A stretch of 63,047 bases of DNA, filler included, from Babesia bigemina (Eukaryota), in NCBI RefSeq assembly GCF_000981445.1. It is 6 parts of 6 records of this genome, joined end to end, with 100 filler letters (N's around TTAATTAATTAA, not from the genome) between each part and the next. Parts side by side here need not be neighbours in the genome. Positions count along the whole stretch, not along the records: positions 59,660 to 63,047 come from NW_012237205.1; 5 more parts are not named here. The stretch is one strand, 5' to 3'. Position 1 is the stretch's first letter; the number at the start of each line of letters is the position of its first letter. The notes below the pieces were generated by a model. That model worked only from the letters and a program-made list of their open reading frames with translations, did no database searches and had not been told where the DNA came from. Shown in pieces: positions 61,453-63,047 of the stretch. Made by a program: the position numbers and the translations under genes.

Positions 61453-63047
61453 TTAAATTAAGTTATCTCATCTTATAGTGTGCTATGTGGCTACGTGCCT
61501 AGGGCCGGTTTTCGTGTTTGCGGGGCTAACGCCTCACGCTGAAACCGGTTGCGGGATCCACGCCGGTCCATTGCCGGACGTCACTGGTGCCATCCATGCG
61601 GGCATCCATCCAGTTTGGGCTTGAGGGTCTTCTACGGAATCGTAGTCTTCTTTCGGCTTCATATCCCTCATCACTATTTTATGTGTTTCTTGGATCACTA
61701 CCCTTTGTATGTGGGCTTCCATGCGATCCGATATGCCCAGGTCCCGTCTATACTTGCTGTGTTCTTTCGTCACTATTCCCTCCCACGTCATAACGTAGGG
61801 GATAACCCTGATCTTGGTGTGCTGGTTAAACTGTCGCGCCTTGAGGTCCTCAATAAGGTCTTCATACTTCTGCTTCTTGAACTTCTCCGTATCCACTAGG
61901 TTGTCTTGATTGGTGATTCCTATCTCCACGATGGTTATGGTGTTCCTCCGCCGATCCGCCAGGATGATGTCTGGCCTGTTGTATTCCTTAGTCTTCTGAG
62001 TCTTGACCGTCTTGTCGTACGCGATCCATCCGTATTTTCCATGTACTTCACTCTCGATCTTGTGGGCGTCTATCTTCTCCTTGGGTAGTCCTATTTGCCT
62101 CCCGAGTACTGAGTGGACCCGTTTTGCTACCTCGTTGTGCCTCTTCGTATATTCTAGGTGTAGTAGTTTCTGGCACTTCGTCGCGAGGTGATCCACGTTC
62201 TTGCCGTTGTTGCATCTTGTGCATTTCTTGGACGAAGACATCCATTGCAGATTCCTATCCTGGACTTCCGCTACGTTCGCTTCTTCTTCCGGAGTGAGTA
62301 TTCCACACGTCAGGTACAAGGACGACGCCTCAATGTCCAGCTTGGGGTCCTCACGCTTGGCATACAGAACCTTATGAGTTGATTTTACGTGCATTCTGTT
62401 GTACAGCCATTTGTTTTGGGCCACCCTGAGGTCCCTGAGGCTCTTGTCCGTAGTGTCCTCCATTCCGAATTCCATTCCATATCTTCCTTCCAGGTGCATC
62501 TTGATGTGAGATATGTGCGCGTATGTGTCGCGAAAATGCTGCATGATCGCAGCTCTCCTGGTTGACGTCACCTCGTCTGCTGAAAGCGTCAACCACAGTC
62601 GTAGCAGCATGGCTTCCGCTCTAAATACCATGCTGTGGAGCCCTCTCCCCATCTCTTTCCGGGGGAGGTAGAGCCTCTGTGTGTTCGCCCACTTCTTGTG
62701 TCCGTGCTTCGCGTTAATTATTCTCCGTACTGCCAGGTCGATCTTGTCGAAATGCGTGATGTCCATAGGGATCACGCCGATGTAGTAGTTGATGACGCTG
62801 AGGGCGTACTGGTTGATGGCCATCGAGAGGTTTTTCCCCGACAGCTTTGACGCAGCCAGTAGCTCCGTTCTCCTGCATATCTCCTGTAGTATTATGTCGA
62901 ACATTCCGTCGCTTGTCAGTGAGTTTGAAGTCTCTGTGACTCCCAAGTACTTGTACGTTTCCGGGCCTTCCATCTGCTTGGCGATGCTGGCGCACGCCTC
63001 CGTGTTGGTTGCCGACTTGTCGCGGTTGATCCTGAGTCCTATGTCGT
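61453..63047 (-). mobile_element. Non-LTR retrotransposon of the restriction-like endonuclease (RLE) type, R4-like; 3' portion including ~80-nt 3' UTR
   Basis: Domain order RT > CCHC > RHN > PD-(D/E)xK-like endonuclease, short 3' UTR with AT-rich end, abrupt junction with ves coding sequence. Confidence 0.9.
61534..63045 (-). CDS. Reverse transcriptase C-terminus, CCHC zinc knuckle and RLE endonuclease (5'-partial)
   Basis: Frame open to window end: DIGLRINRDKSATN...YKYLG (late RT motifs), RLYLPRKEMGRGL, CTRC..DHLATKC, YTKRHNEV, RPDIIL..TIVEIGIT..KKQKY. Confidence 0.92.
   Translation of the reverse strand, partial: DIGLRINRDKSATNTEACASIAKQMEGPETYKYLGVTETSNSLTSDGMFDIILQEICRRTELLAASKLSGKNLSMAINQYALSVINYYIGVIPMDITHFDKIDLAVRRIINAKHGHKKWANTQRLYLPRKEMGRGLHSMVFRAEAMLLRLWLTLSADEVTSTRRAAIMQHFRDTYAHISHIKMHLEGRYGMEFGMEDTTDKSLRDLRVAQNKWLYNRMHVKSTHKVLYAKREDPKLDIEASSLYLTCGILTPEEEANVAEVQDRNLQWMSSSKKCTRCNNGKNVDHLATKCQKLLHLEYTKRHNEVAKRVHSVLGRQIGLPKEKIDAHKIESEVHGKYGWIAYDKTVKTQKTKEYNRPDIILADRRRNTITIVEIGITNQDNLVDTEKFKKQKYEDLIEDLKARQFNQHTKIRVIPYVMTWEGIVTKEHSKYRRDLGISDRMEAHIQRVVIQETHKIVMRDMKPKEDYDSVEDPQAQTGWMPAWMAPVTSGNGPAWIPQPVSA

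Noticed and set aside
61489..61501. 13-nt match between the retrotransposon 3' UTR and 31496-31508 (TAGGCACGTAGCC)
   Set aside because: Short enough to arise by chance in 63 kb, and not fully preserved in the second copy of the element at 59660

Overview
Eukaryotic parasite DNA, most consistent with Babesia (B. bigemina/ovata group). It is a concatenation of six unordered contigs (1-17434, 17535-19886, 19987-24132, 24233-33582, 33683-59559, 59660-63047) joined by artificial 100-nt N/TTAATTAATTAA/N spacers. Contig 1 still carries cloning vector at both ends: pCC1FOS-type cat/lac/MCS on the left, MCS/T7/lacZalpha then pUC-type bla on the right. The genomic part is a head-to-tail array of 11 full or partial ves1/VESA1-like variant surface antigen genes. 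They are separated by a stereotyped, ordered set of minisatellites: gene end > conserved 3' flank > 12-mer or 21-mer array > 20-mer array > 22-mer array > next gene. Which array follows a gene tracks its C-terminal class (4/4 and 4/4). Several genes have disabled or missing 5' ends and are mosaics, which resembles a silent cassette archive. A small Cys-rich membrane-protein locus has a 75-nt splice-signal repeat and three tandem TM tails. The most unexpected element is at the right end: the 3' part of a non-LTR retrotransposon with RT, CCHC and restriction-like endonuclease domains, which directly interrupts a ves gene in a lineage usually described as nearly transposon-free. Family assignments come from recognised motifs, not database searches.
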